From the NCBI GenBank assembly GCA_045655745.1, contig JAZOPV010000015.1:26824-90823 (forward strand): 64,000 nucleotides of DNA. The letters are read 5' to 3'. Position numbers and translations under genes: made by a program. The notes below the pieces were generated by a model. It saw only the letters and a list, made by a program, of their open reading frames with translations. It was not told where the DNA came from and searched no databases. The DNA is from Faecousia sp. GTDB taxonomy: Bacteria > Bacillota > Clostridia > Oscillospirales > Oscillospiraceae. Positions 35,463 through 44,711 of the stretch are shown in pieces; positions within the stretch are counted from its first letter, which is position 1, and the number at the start of each line of letters is the position of its first letter.

Positions 35463-36548
35463 GTGACCATGAGAAGAGCAAAATGTGGGCATATTTTACT
35501 GGGCGTGTTATTTTGGCTGCTGCTGGCAGGAATGGGGGCACTGCTGTGGCTGCAGCCAAAGCAGGAATTTTCCGATTTGGAGCTGCGTTATTTGCAGAAA
35601 ATGCCCCGATTTTCGTGGCAATCGCTGCAGGACGGCAGCTTTGATGCGGAGTTGGAGCAGTATGTATCAGACCATTTGCCGGGACGGCAGTATTTTTTGG
35701 GATTGGGGGCATATGCCCGTCTTGCCATCAGTGGACAAGGGGCGGGGGGCATTGTGGCGGCAGAGGGCTTTTTGCTGGAGCCGCCGATAGAATACGAGGA
35801 GGAGTTACTCCAAAAGAATATGGATTATGTAAACCAATTTGCGGAAAAAGCGGATATTCCCTTGGATTTGATGGTCATTCCTTCTGCCGGCTATGTGTTG
35901 GGATTTCCCTATCCGGACGGTGAAATTTTAGAAACAATCTCGCCGCTGTCAGCATCTATTTCCCAACTTTTTCGGGAACATTCTAAAGGGCAGCAGCTAT
36001 TTTACCGCACCGACCATCATTGGACCAGCTTGGGGGCGTACACTGCCTGCAGTGCCTATTTGCAGGCGCTTGGCAGAAGCTGTCCACCGGAAGATGCCTT
36101 TCATAAGGAAAATATTCCGGATTTTCGGGGCAGCACCTATCGAAGAAGCTGTCTGTGGCTGACGGACGCAGAGCCTTTACAGCTGTGGCAGGGCAGCCGA
36201 CTGTGGATGCAGATTGGAGAAAATCCATGGCAGGAGGGGGTGTTTTTTTGGGAAAATCTTCAAGGCGCAGACAAGTATACCGTATTTTTGGGTGGCAATC
36301 AGGGCTTGGTGCGGCTATATAATCCCAACAATCAGGGCAAGGGCAGTATCTTGGTGCTGCGGGATTCCTTTGGAAGCTGCTTTGCAACCTTTTTGGCGGA
36401 AAGCTATGAACAGGTGGTACTGGTGGATTTGCGGTATTATAAAAAAGCGGTGTCGGCACTCATGGAGCAGGAGGATTTTTCCCGCATTTTGGTGCTGTAC
36501 AGCCTGCAGAATTTTGTGTCTGACAGTAATTTTCTTTTTTTGAAGTGA
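35463..36548 (+). CDS. DHHW-family (AlgJ/AlgX-like) O-acetyltransferase periplasmic component
   Basis: N-terminal TM, YRTDHHWTSLGAY, RDSFG, VDLRYY. Confidence 0.85.
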   Translation: MTMRRAKCGHILLGVLFWLLLAGMGALLWLQPKQEFSDLELRYLQKMPRFSWQSLQDGSFDAELEQYVSDHLPGRQYFLGLGAYARLAISGQGAGGIVAAEGFLLEPPIEYEEELLQKNMDYVNQFAEKADIPLDLMVIPSAGYVLGFPYPDGEILETISPLSASISQLFREHSKGQQLFYRTDHHWTSLGAYTACSAYLQALGRSCPPEDAFHKENIPDFRGSTYRRSCLWLTDAEPLQLWQGSRLWMQIGENPWQEGVFFWENLQGADKYTVFLGGNQGLVRLYNPNNQGKGSILVLRDSFGSCFATFLAESYEQVVLVDLRYYKKAVSALMEQEDFSRILVLYSLQNFVSDSNFLFLK

Positions 36549-36601
36549 TAGGAAATTGATTGACAAAGAAGTCTGCAGATGATAAAATGTTAACGCAATT
36601 T

Positions 36602-36686
36602 GCGGATGTGGTGGAATTGGCAGACACGCTAGATTTAGGCTCTAGTGCTGTGAGGCATGCAGGTTCAAGTCCTGTCATCCGCACCA
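36602..36686 (+). tRNA. tRNA-Leu(TAG)
   Basis: 85-nt cloverleaf with long variable arm, anticodon loop TTTAGGC, GGTTCAAGTCC, encoded CCA. Confidence 0.96.
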
Positions 36687-36687
36687 C

Positions 36688-36890
36688 GTCGGAGCAAGCT
36701 TTGTATCGCTTGCTCCGACTTTTTATCAAAAGTCAGAGCGCATTCACTCCGCTGCTCCTCCTCTCCAAATCAAACCCGCTTCGCTGGGCTTTGATTTGGC
36801 TTATATTTATCGGTGGAGTCAAGTCCGTTATGAACACCCGTACCAAGAAATAGACCTCTTTTGTCTACAAGGCAAAAGAGGCTTTTTCAT
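36688..36890 (+). other. Multi-hairpin element directly abutting the tRNA-Leu 3' end
   Basis: GTCGGAGCAAGC/GCTTGCTCCGAC (36688-36719), CCAAATCAAACCC/GGGCTTTGATTTGG (36765-36799), CCTCTTTTG/CAAAAGAGG terminator-like stem. Confidence 0.6.
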
Positions 36891-37079
36891 GCCATTTTCA
36901 GATTAGGCTAAACAGGATACCGTCAAAATGTTGTAATTATGATTAAAGATGATTATAAGAAAATCGTTTCTGTCACAACGGTTGGCTTTGATGTTTTTAT
37001 AACTGAAAATATTTTGCCTCTTACAAATGGTTTGATTGTTTTATTTGCTAAGCCAATATTACTAGTTTTATATAGACTC

Positions 37080-37179
37080 TTGACAAAACAATCTTATGTT
37101 AATATTATATATTTGATATAGAGATTTAGAGACGTATCAAAGCAATCCTCAAAGAGGGTTCGTTTTGGTGCGTCTTTTT
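37080..37179 (+). promoter_or_regulatory. sigmaA promoter plus leader terminator (likely GlpP antitermination target)
   Basis: TTGACA-17 bp-TATTAT; GACGTATCAAAGC...GTTTTGGTGCGTC pairs fully with G-U wobbles, inner AATCCTC/GAGGGTT stem, then TTTTT before the RBS. Confidence 0.7.
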
Positions 37180-37200
37180 GTTTTGAAAGGAGACATAACC

Positions 37201-38628
37201 ATGTATGATGTAACCATAATAGGTGCTGGGGTTGTTGGAGGAATGATCGCAAGAAGACTCTCACGCTATGAGCTTAAAATTTGCATTTTAGAGAAAGAAA
37301 ATGATGTTGCAGAGGGTGCAACGAAAGCAAATTCTGCAATAGTTCATGCAGGCTTTGATGCAGAACATGGATCATTAAAGGCAAAGCTTAATGTTCTTGG
37401 CTCGGAAATGATGGAGGAAATTGCAAAGGAGCTTGATGTAAAATATATCAGAAACGGTTCGCTTGTAATAGGCTTTAACAATGAGGATAAAAAGTCCCTT
37501 GAAAAGCTTTATGAAAACGGTGTAAAAAACGGAGTCAAAGACTTAAAATTAATAAATAAAGATGAGATTAAGGTAATTGAGCCAAATATTTCTGATAATG
37601 TAACATATGCATTATATGCGCCGACAGGGGCGATTGTTTGTCCTTATGAGCTTACGATTGCTGCAATTGGCAATGCAATGGATAATGGGGCAGAGCTTAA
37701 AAGAAATTTTAAGGTTATTTCCGTAAAAGAGGAAAATAATATATATACAATAACATCGGACAGAGGCGAAACTGTTACAACAAAATATGTTATAAATGCC
37801 GCAGGTATCTATTCTGACGAAATCGCAAAAATGGTGGACGATAATTCTTTTGAAATTCATCCGAGAAGAGGTGAATATATTCTTCTGGATAAAGAGTGTG
37901 GCAGTATTGTAAAGCATACCATTTTCAGAACGCCAAGTAAAATGGGAAAGGGAATACTCATTACGCCTACAGTTGATGGAAATATACTCACAGGTCCTAC
38001 ATCAGAGGATATTGAAGATAAAGAAAATAAGGAAACTACATCGGGTGGATTTGACAAAATAATCGGTCAGGCAATGGAAAATGTAGATGGTCTTAATTTC
38101 GGTAAATCAATCACCTCCTTCTGTGGACTTCGCTCGGTGGGTTCAACGGGTGATTTTATAATCAATTCACCACAAAAAGGCTTTATAAATGTAGCTGGCA
38201 TCGAATCACCGGGACTTTCCTCGTCGCCTGCCATTGCAGTATATGTTGAAAGTATGCTTTCTGAAATGGGTCTTTCTCTTGAAAACAAGAAAGGTTATTC
38301 AAAATACAGAAAATCACCGCATTTTTTTCAAAAAGCAACTCTTGAAGAAAAAAATGAGATTATAAAAAAGGATAAAAGATACGGAAAAATCATCTGCCGT
38401 TGTGAAACCATTACTGAGGGAGAAATAGTCTATGCGATTCATCAGAATCCAAAGCCTTATGATATGGATGCAGTAAAGAGAAGAACACGAACACAAATGG
38501 GCAGATGCCAGGGTGGCTTTTGCTCACCGTACATTATAGAAATTCTTTCAAGAGAATTAGAAATACCATACGAGGATGTTACTAAAAACGGCGGGGAATC
38601 GGTAATAAATATCGGGAGGACAAAGTAA
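37201..38628 (+). CDS. FAD-dependent oxidoreductase, glycerol-3-phosphate dehydrogenase GlpA-like with C-terminal BFD-like 2Fe-2S domain
   Basis: DVTIIGAGVVG, TKANSAIVHAG, GIESPGLSS, ICRCE, GRCQGGFC. Confidence 0.88.
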   Translation: MYDVTIIGAGVVGGMIARRLSRYELKICILEKENDVAEGATKANSAIVHAGFDAEHGSLKAKLNVLGSEMMEEIAKELDVKYIRNGSLVIGFNNEDKKSLEKLYENGVKNGVKDLKLINKDEIKVIEPNISDNVTYALYAPTGAIVCPYELTIAAIGNAMDNGAELKRNFKVISVKEENNIYTITSDRGETVTTKYVINAAGIYSDEIAKMVDDNSFEIHPRRGEYILLDKECGSIVKHTIFRTPSKMGKGILITPTVDGNILTGPTSEDIEDKENKETTSGGFDKIIGQAMENVDGLNFGKSITSFCGLRSVGSTGDFIINSPQKGFINVAGIESPGLSSSPAIAVYVESMLSEMGLSLENKKGYSKYRKSPHFFQKATLEEKNEIIKKDKRYGKIICRCETITEGEIVYAIHQNPKPYDMDAVKRRTRTQMGRCQGGFCSPYIIEILSRELEIPYEDVTKNGGESVINIGRTK

Positions 38629-39875
38629 TGACAGATTTGGTTATAATAGGCGGTGGACCTGCCGGTATGAGTAGTGCTATTGCGGCATATGAAAGCGGAA
38701 TAAAGGACATACTTATTATTGAAAGAGATTCCTCGCTTGGCGGAATATTGCAGCAATGTATTCATAATGGATTTGGATTACATAAATTCGGCGAGGAATT
38801 AACAGGTCCCGAATACGCATACAGATATGAGAAAAGGGTAAGAGAATTAAATATCCCTATTAAGCTTAACACCATGGTGTTAGATATAGCAGCTGATAAG
38901 ACTGTTACTGCCACAAATGAAGATGAGGGGATTTTCACCATTAAGGCAAGGGCAATCATTCTTGCTATGGGCTGTAGAGAACGCCCGAAGGGGGCGTTAA
39001 ACATTCCCGGAGCAAGACCCAGTGGTATATACAGTGCGGGAACAGCACAAAAATTCGTTAACATGAAAGGTTATATGCCGGGTAAAGATGTTGTTATTCT
39101 CGGTTCAGGAGATATTGGCTTGATTATGGCAAGAAGAATGACTCTTGAGGGGGCAAAGGTTCATGCAGTATGTGAGGTTATGCCATATTCGGGAGGCCTT
39201 GCAAGAAACATCGAACAATGTCTTAATGATTTTAATATTCCGCTTATGTTAAGTCATACAGTAACAAAAATTCACGGAAAAGAAAGGTTAACCGGTGTTA
39301 CAATTTCAAAGGTTGATGAAAAGAGAAAACCGATAGAAGGAACAGAAAAATATATTCCTTGCGATACGCTTCTGTTGTCCGTTGGACTTATACCGGAAAA
39401 TGAGCTTTCAATTTCTGCGGGAGTTGCGCTTTCGCCTGTTACAAACGGTGCATTGGTGGATCAAAATCGACAGACAAGTATTGAAGGAATATTTGCCTGT
39501 GGTAATGTGCTTCATGTTCATGATCTTGTTGACTTTGTATCTGATGAAGCAGAAATTGCAGGAAAAGCTGCAGCCGACTACATTCAAAACGGAATAGGAG
39601 AAGAAAGCTATGTTACTGTAAAAACCGATGGAAAGGTCAGATATACTGTTCCGCAGAAAATTAAAAATGATGCTGCGAATGACAAAGTTAAAATATATTT
39701 CAGAGTAAGCAATGTATATAAAAATGTTAAACTTGTTGTAAAGGATAACGAAGGTAATGTTTTAATGGGGCAAAATAAAAAGCTCCTTGCACCCGGCAGT
39801 ATGGAGCATATAAGCATAAATAATAGTTTACTTGAAAATAAAGACACCATTTTTGTCGGATTGGAGGAAGCGTAA
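38628..39875 (+). CDS. NAD(P)/FAD pyridine nucleotide-disulfide oxidoreductase of the clostridial glp cluster
   Basis: IIGGGPAG, LGGILQQCIHNGFG, MGCRER, GSGDIGLIMARR, ACGNVLHVHDLVD. Confidence 0.88.
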   Translation: MTDLVIIGGGPAGMSSAIAAYESGIKDILIIERDSSLGGILQQCIHNGFGLHKFGEELTGPEYAYRYEKRVRELNIPIKLNTMVLDIAADKTVTATNEDEGIFTIKARAIILAMGCRERPKGALNIPGARPSGIYSAGTAQKFVNMKGYMPGKDVVILGSGDIGLIMARRMTLEGAKVHAVCEVMPYSGGLARNIEQCLNDFNIPLMLSHTVTKIHGKERLTGVTISKVDEKRKPIEGTEKYIPCDTLLLSVGLIPENELSISAGVALSPVTNGALVDQNRQTSIEGIFACGNVLHVHDLVDFVSDEAEIAGKAAADYIQNGIGEESYVTVKTDGKVRYTVPQKIKNDAANDKVKIYFRVSNVYKNVKLVVKDNEGNVLMGQNKKLLAPGSMEHISINNSLLENKDTIFVGLEEA

Positions 39876-40228
39876 TGAAAAGAGAGTTTACTTGTATAGT
39901 ATGTCCTTTAGGTTGCAAAATTGTCGCAGAGCTTGATGAAAATAAAAAGGTCACAAATATAACGGGAAATACCTGTAAACGAGGCAGCAATTATGTAGAG
40001 GCTGAATTAACGAATCCTGTAAGAATGGTTACAACAACCGTCAGAGGGAAAAACGATGAGGTAATTGCTGTTAAAACTGCTTCACCAATTCCAAAAGAAA
40101 AAATATTTGATTGTATGAAAATAATAAACGCAACAAAAGTAAACTTGAAGGTTGGCATAGGTGATGTTATAATTAAAAATATTTGTGGCACGGGTGTAGA
40201 TGTAATTTCTGTGGTTAATAAAGATTGA
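39875..40228 (+). CDS. DUF1667 family protein
   Basis: CIVCPLGC, GNTCKRG..Y..E..NPVR, VKT..PIPK. Confidence 0.9.
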   Translation: MKREFTCIVCPLGCKIVAELDENKKVTNITGNTCKRGSNYVEAELTNPVRMVTTTVRGKNDEVIAVKTASPIPKEKIFDCMKIINATKVNLKVGIGDVIIKNICGTGVDVISVVNKD

Positions 40229-40243
40229 TAAGAGGTATATGTT

Positions 40244-40786
40244 ATGAGTAAGATAGTTATAGCGGCAGTGAGAAATGAAGAAGATTTTGAAAAGGCACTT
40301 TTGTCGAATGTTGATAGAATCTTTTTCTTGCAGCCAAGTATTTTAAATCTTGAATACTATGCCTCAAAGGCACATAAAAACAATAAGGAGCTTTATATAC
40401 ATATTGATATGGCAGCGGGTATTGGCAAAGATAAAGCCGGGATAGAATTTTTGAAAAGTCTTAGTGTTGATGGTATTATAAGCACAAAGTCCAATCTTAT
40501 AAAGAGCGCAAAAGAGGTTGGATTAAAAACCGTTCAACGATTTTTTATAGTAGATTCTCAATCTATGAGTACAACTGTCGAAAATTTGAAATCATCCAAG
40601 GCTGATATGGCAGAGATAATGCCCGGAGTTTGCTTGAAAGCCATTTTAAAACTCAAAGAAAAAATTGTTACACCTATTATTGCCGGCGGTCTTATTGATA
40701 AGGCTGAAGAGGTGAAGCTGTGTATAAAAGCAGGTGCGTGCTCGGTGTCGACAGGCGCACAAAGCTTATGGAATATAGAGGAGTAA
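40244..40786 (+). CDS. glpP: Glycerol-3-phosphate responsive antiterminator
   Basis: IHIDM..GI, DGIIST, VQRFFIVDS, EIMPG, IIAGGLI, VSTG. Confidence 0.92.
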   Translation: MSKIVIAAVRNEEDFEKALLSNVDRIFFLQPSILNLEYYASKAHKNNKELYIHIDMAAGIGKDKAGIEFLKSLSVDGIISTKSNLIKSAKEVGLKTVQRFFIVDSQSMSTTVENLKSSKADMAEIMPGVCLKAILKLKEKIVTPIIAGGLIDKAEEVKLCIKAGACSVSTGAQSLWNIEE

Positions 40787-40903
40787 TATAAAAAATGCAC
40801 CGAAACAGGAGAAATTTCTGCTTCGGCGCTCTTTTTTTGCCCAAAATACAGGTGTACTTTTTATGAAATTTTCCCTCGAAAATTGTACTTCCGGTACGAC
40901 TCA

Positions 40904-40945
40904 CACAAACAAAAAAGACACCCATAGGGTGTCTTTTTTGTTTGG
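40904..40945. terminator. Bidirectional terminator
   Basis: CAAACAAAAAAGACACCC-ATA-GGGTGTCTTTTTTGTTTG. Confidence 0.85.
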
Positions 40946-40950
40946 TATCA

Positions 40951-43005
40951 TTACACAGTTACATCCTCATTTACATAGTTCACAACTTCTTGTTCCGTGC
41001 CGTCGGAGGTCTTTTGTCTGAAGATGTTGTCTATAGATGTGCCATCGTCCTCGTCCGTAAAGGTGTACACAACACCCGGTTCTATACGAAGGATTGCTCT
41101 ATCTCTGGCATAATCCACAATCTTGTTTCTACACGGATATTTGGATGTATCCAGCTTGAATTTTCTACCGCAAAGAGGAATGAAAATGGCTTCCCGATCT
41201 TGCCATGTGAAGATATAGCCGGTTTTGTTCTTTTCCGTGGGATAGAACACAACGGTTTCACCGTTGATACTGACGGCGTTAATTTTGTCGCCATCCTTAA
41301 TTATCCAATTTCCGAAGCTTTCCATTTGGGCGATACCATCGGGCCGGTGCTTCGACAGGCTCACCAGTCTTCCCAACATTTTCTTGTCATCCAGCGTGAG
41401 TTTCGATTTCTCAGTGATGGTATAGGTGTATTCTCCCTTTGCATTTGTTGCAAAGTCTTGGAACTGCTTCGAGTAGTAAATAGAGGGGATGCCATACAAA
41501 ACAGCACTGGTGTAATATGCTTTCATCCAGCTTGTAAACATAAAACATCCGTCGGAATCAATCAGGGAATTGGGACAGCCCCGAACGGCAAGGTTGGCTC
41601 GGATTTCCTTTTCCAATTTGCCGGCGTGGGTATCATGCATACGGTTGCAATCAATAAAGTGCTCAAATCTGGGGTCACCTACCGTGCAGTTTATGATTGC
41701 ATCGGGTTTTACCTTCTTGGTTTCCTCCCGGAAAATCGTAAGGAACCGCAAGAACTCGGTAAGGCCTATGCCGTTTTCGGCATTTGCGTAGGTGGTATTG
41801 GCTTCCGGATTTCTAATCAGTGAGGTAAAATCGACCTTAATACCGTCTGCATTATAACAACCTTCGCCGTCGCCAAAGAGTTTTTCGCAATATCCCCGAA
41901 TAAACTGTCTTGCGTTTTCGTGGGTGTAATCAACAACACAGCTTTCCGGCGCATTCTTATGCATATATCCGCCCGGAAGCTGTTCTGCAAATTTATAGTC
42001 AGACACCATTCCAAGCTTTTGCGCCCTGGTTTCAAAACCGTTGCCCAAATTGTCGATAAAAGGAGTATCCCACAAAATTACATGATGCCCTCTTTTATGA
42101 AGGTCATCGATCAGACCTCTGAAGTCGGGGAAACGGCTTTCCTCGGCTCTCGGCTCCAAGGAAAAATAATACTGCCAAGAGTCATCGATGACAAGGTTGA
42201 ATTCTTTCAGCTCCCAGTCATTTTCTGCAATATCGACAAATTCTCTCACCCACTTTTCATCAATCAGCGGGCCGATCTTATGCTCCAAGATTTGGTCGCC
42301 GTATGTACAAACAAAGGGGTTATTCCACCATGACGGACGGTCGGAGGTTTTCAGATTAACGGGAGTATATTCCCCGAAATCAATCAGCTTTTGTCTGAAC
42401 AAGGAAACGGCTGAGAATTCGTCATCGGGGAAGGTGATGAGTACCCGAGGCAGGTTGTAGTTCTTTCCCTGTTTAATCACCTTTTTACCGCCACAGCTTT
42501 CTACAAGGAAAGAATAGTCCTCATCCATTTTACACACATATGTATCGGGAATATCCAGTAGTCCGAAGGATACCCACTGGCTTTTGTTGCCGATGGAGAA
42601 ATTCAAAACGGCAGGTGAAAAATAGCCATTAAAGGATATATCGGGAAGACTGCTGAAATAGTTCATGTTTTTATAGTCGTTGCATCTTGCCTGAGGGGTA
42701 AATGCCCGGTCAAAGCCCACCAAATCGATGCCGCTGTCCGATGCCTTGAACACCTTAGCCTTGTATATGGCGGTATCCTCACAAAAACTTCTTACACAGG
42801 ATGCAACGATGCAATCGTCATAAAAATCGAAAGTCATCTTATCGTTTCCGGAAGCAAAGCACAAAGCATTATCGTCTTGCTTTACAAGCTTTAGCTCGGC
42901 ACTGTTTCCGTTTACTTCAAAGGCTACCGGAATATTCAAAAGCCGTTTTCCATCTTTGTAAATAATAATTTTGTTGTTATTTACTTCATAGTTATAGATA
43001 CGCAT
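40951..43005 (-). CDS. Putative clan GH-D (GH27/31/36-like) glycoside hydrolase, 684 aa, no signal peptide
   Basis: VIDDSWQ, RFPDFRGLIDDLHKRG..ILWDTPF, DGIKVDF (nucleophile-like Asp), RMHD (acid/base-like Asp). Confidence 0.7.
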   Translation of the reverse strand: MRIYNYEVNNNKIIIYKDGKRLLNIPVAFEVNGNSAELKLVKQDDNALCFASGNDKMTFDFYDDCIVASCVRSFCEDTAIYKAKVFKASDSGIDLVGFDRAFTPQARCNDYKNMNYFSSLPDISFNGYFSPAVLNFSIGNKSQWVSFGLLDIPDTYVCKMDEDYSFLVESCGGKKVIKQGKNYNLPRVLITFPDDEFSAVSLFRQKLIDFGEYTPVNLKTSDRPSWWNNPFVCTYGDQILEHKIGPLIDEKWVREFVDIAENDWELKEFNLVIDDSWQYYFSLEPRAEESRFPDFRGLIDDLHKRGHHVILWDTPFIDNLGNGFETRAQKLGMVSDYKFAEQLPGGYMHKNAPESCVVDYTHENARQFIRGYCEKLFGDGEGCYNADGIKVDFTSLIRNPEANTTYANAENGIGLTEFLRFLTIFREETKKVKPDAIINCTVGDPRFEHFIDCNRMHDTHAGKLEKEIRANLAVRGCPNSLIDSDGCFMFTSWMKAYYTSAVLYGIPSIYYSKQFQDFATNAKGEYTYTITEKSKLTLDDKKMLGRLVSLSKHRPDGIAQMESFGNWIIKDGDKINAVSINGETVVFYPTEKNKTGYIFTWQDREAIFIPLCGRKFKLDTSKYPCRNKIVDYARDRAILRIEPGVVYTFTDEDDGTSIDNIFRQKTSDGTEQEVVNYVNEDVTV

Positions 43006-43061
43006 ATGGAATTCCTCCTTTTAATATAACCCTTTCAAAATTTACAAGTACATAAAGTTAA

Positions 43062-43250
43062 GGGGTGCGATGGGAATTTCTCCAAAAAGCGGTTTGCGTT
43101 CCCGGTCAGTTTTGCATGGCGGAGCTGTGCTCCGTCCAGCACGGCAATTCCTGAATAGCAACCACCACCGAAGCTTTCCTCCCGGCGGAGCATATCCAAA
43201 AGAATCGGTGCGGCAGTTCTTTGACCGATATACTCAGCAATCGTACAAAT
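43062..43250 (-). pseudogene. 5' remnant of a class II glutamine amidotransferase-like gene
   Basis: Hand translation (ATT)CTIAEYIGQRTAAPILLDMLRREESFGGGCYSGIAVLDG resembles the GlmS-type N-terminus. An intact TTGACA-17-TACTAT promoter lies upstream. The similarity breaks at the islet edge. Confidence 0.6.
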
Positions 43251-43398
43251 GGCATTTCTTCATAAAGAGAAACGATACGTTTATAGTATCACACCCTCTA
43301 TATAATGTCAAGTTTGGTGGGAGGAAAAAGCTTTGATAGAGCACAGCACAATATTATAAATATTCGCATACAAAAAGAGGGGCATTGCCTCTCTTTTT

Positions 43399-43815
43399 TT
43401 ATTTTTCCTTCAGCCAGCTTAATAGCTGCGGCAAGGATTTTTTTCCAAAAGAAATACGATTTTCATTGACCACCATACAGGGTACGCTCATCACATTGTA
43501 CTGCTGCCGCAGGTCGGGAAAATGCTGCAAATCATAGACTTCTGCCGTTACATGGGGGTTTCTGCTGCAATTTGCTGGGCAGCCACCACCAAATCCGGAC
43601 ACATGGTGCAGGAAAGGGATACCAAAACCTGAATTTTTGTTTGCTCCTCAATGGCTGCAATGTCCTGCCTCAATTCTCCGCTGATGGGCTGCCCCGGTCC
43701 GGCGACATTGTAGATGCCCAGCACAAAGGAGGTAAATTCGTGTCCACTGGGCACGCCATGGAAGGCAAGACCGGTTTTCTCTCCGTTTTTGATAAGCTCC
43801 ACACAGGGGGTCATG
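43399..43815 (-). pseudogene. 3' remnant of an AhpF-homolog / thioredoxin-fold gene, with frameshift
   Basis: FHGVPSGHEFTSFVLGIYN, SLSCTMCPDLV, then YNVMSVPC in another frame; one missing A near 43560 (GAAAC vs GAAAAC); no 5' part. Confidence 0.75.
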
Positions 43816-44031
43816 GGATTTTTCTTGGTGGGCTGCGGCTTGATGCTGGTGTTTTCTGCCGGAGCATCGGCGCTGCTGCCGCTGTTTACCAATCAGCTTG
43901 CAGTGGGCAGGCTTGCCCCCACAGCAGCGGCGGTCAATGCCATTCATCTTTTGGCAATCACTAAGGTTATCTGTGTGGCGGTCAGTGTACTGGTGGTGCA
44001 GCTGCTGCCAAAGGTCAAAAGAGACCGGTGA
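43813..44031 (+). pseudogene. 3' remnant of a membrane-protein gene
   Basis: Two hydrophobic helices ending in KVKRDR*; no RBS or plausible 5' end; back-to-back with the AhpF remnant. Confidence 0.4.
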
Positions 44032-44054
44032 ATCCTGACTTTTTGCGATTGATT

Positions 44055-44083
44055 GTATAAATCCCCTTGTTTTACAGATACTA
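44055..44083 (+). promoter_or_regulatory. Possible forespore sigmaG/F promoter of spoVT
   Basis: GTATA-17 bp-GATACTA. Confidence 0.4.
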
Positions 44084-44118
44084 GCATCGTAATTTGTAAA
44101 ATAAGGAGATAGATATAT

Positions 44119-44661
44119 ATGAAAGCTACTGGTATCGTAAGACGCGTTGACGACCTGGGTCGTATTGTCATTCCGAAGGAAATCCGCCGCACTTTGCGTA
44201 TCCGTGAGGGAGACCCGCTGGAAATCTATACGGAAAAGGATGGCGGTGTGATTTTTCGGAAATATTCTCCCATGGGAGATTTGATGCCCTTTGCCGCCCA
44301 AATGTGCGAGGCAATCGGTGCAAATACCGGGCGCATTGCGGCGGTGGCAGATAGGGACAGCATTATTGCCCTGTCCGGCGCACCCAAACGGGAGCTGGTG
44401 GACAAGCCCAACTCCCAAGCATTGGAAAAGCTGATGGAGCAGCGGCAAAATTACCGCTATACCCAAGGCGAAAGCTTGATTCGTGCCACGGAGGAGTCGG
44501 ACAAGTACCACCTTGGGGTGGCAGCACCGATTTTGTCCCAAGGCGATTTGATGGGCTGCGTCATGCTGCTGATGGGGGAGGACCAAACTCCTTTGCAGGA
44601 ATCCGACCAGCGGTTGGTGCAGACCATGGCAGGCTTTTTGGGTAAGCAGATGGAAAGTTAA
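44119..44661 (+). CDS. spoVT: Stage V sporulation protein T
   Basis: AbrB domain MKATGIVRRVDDLGRIVIPKEIRR plus GAF-like C-terminus (APILSQGD..G.V). Confidence 0.92.
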   Translation: MKATGIVRRVDDLGRIVIPKEIRRTLRIREGDPLEIYTEKDGGVIFRKYSPMGDLMPFAAQMCEAIGANTGRIAAVADRDSIIALSGAPKRELVDKPNSQALEKLMEQRQNYRYTQGESLIRATEESDKYHLGVAAPILSQGDLMGCVMLLMGEDQTPLQESDQRLVQTMAGFLGKQMES

Positions 44662-44711
44662 AAAATTTCCATCTTCAAAGGAAAGAAAATTTGGTCTGTT
44701 AAAACATCTCA

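Larger units (their letters stand above)
36890..43060. mobile_element. Horizontally acquired islet after tRNA-Leu; no integrase or transposase
   Basis: Abrupt visible drop in GC and change in codon use, strongest at 36.9-40.8 kb; right edge coincides with a truncated gene at about 43062. Confidence 0.55.

Noticed and set aside
36939-37121. 60-aa AT-rich ORF upstream of the glp cluster
   Set aside because: No RBS, and it overlaps the glp promoter. Likely spurious.
42900-43400. attR direct repeat of the tRNA-Leu 3' end at the islet's right border
   Set aside because: No copy of the tRNA 3' sequence was found there, so site-specific integration is unproven.
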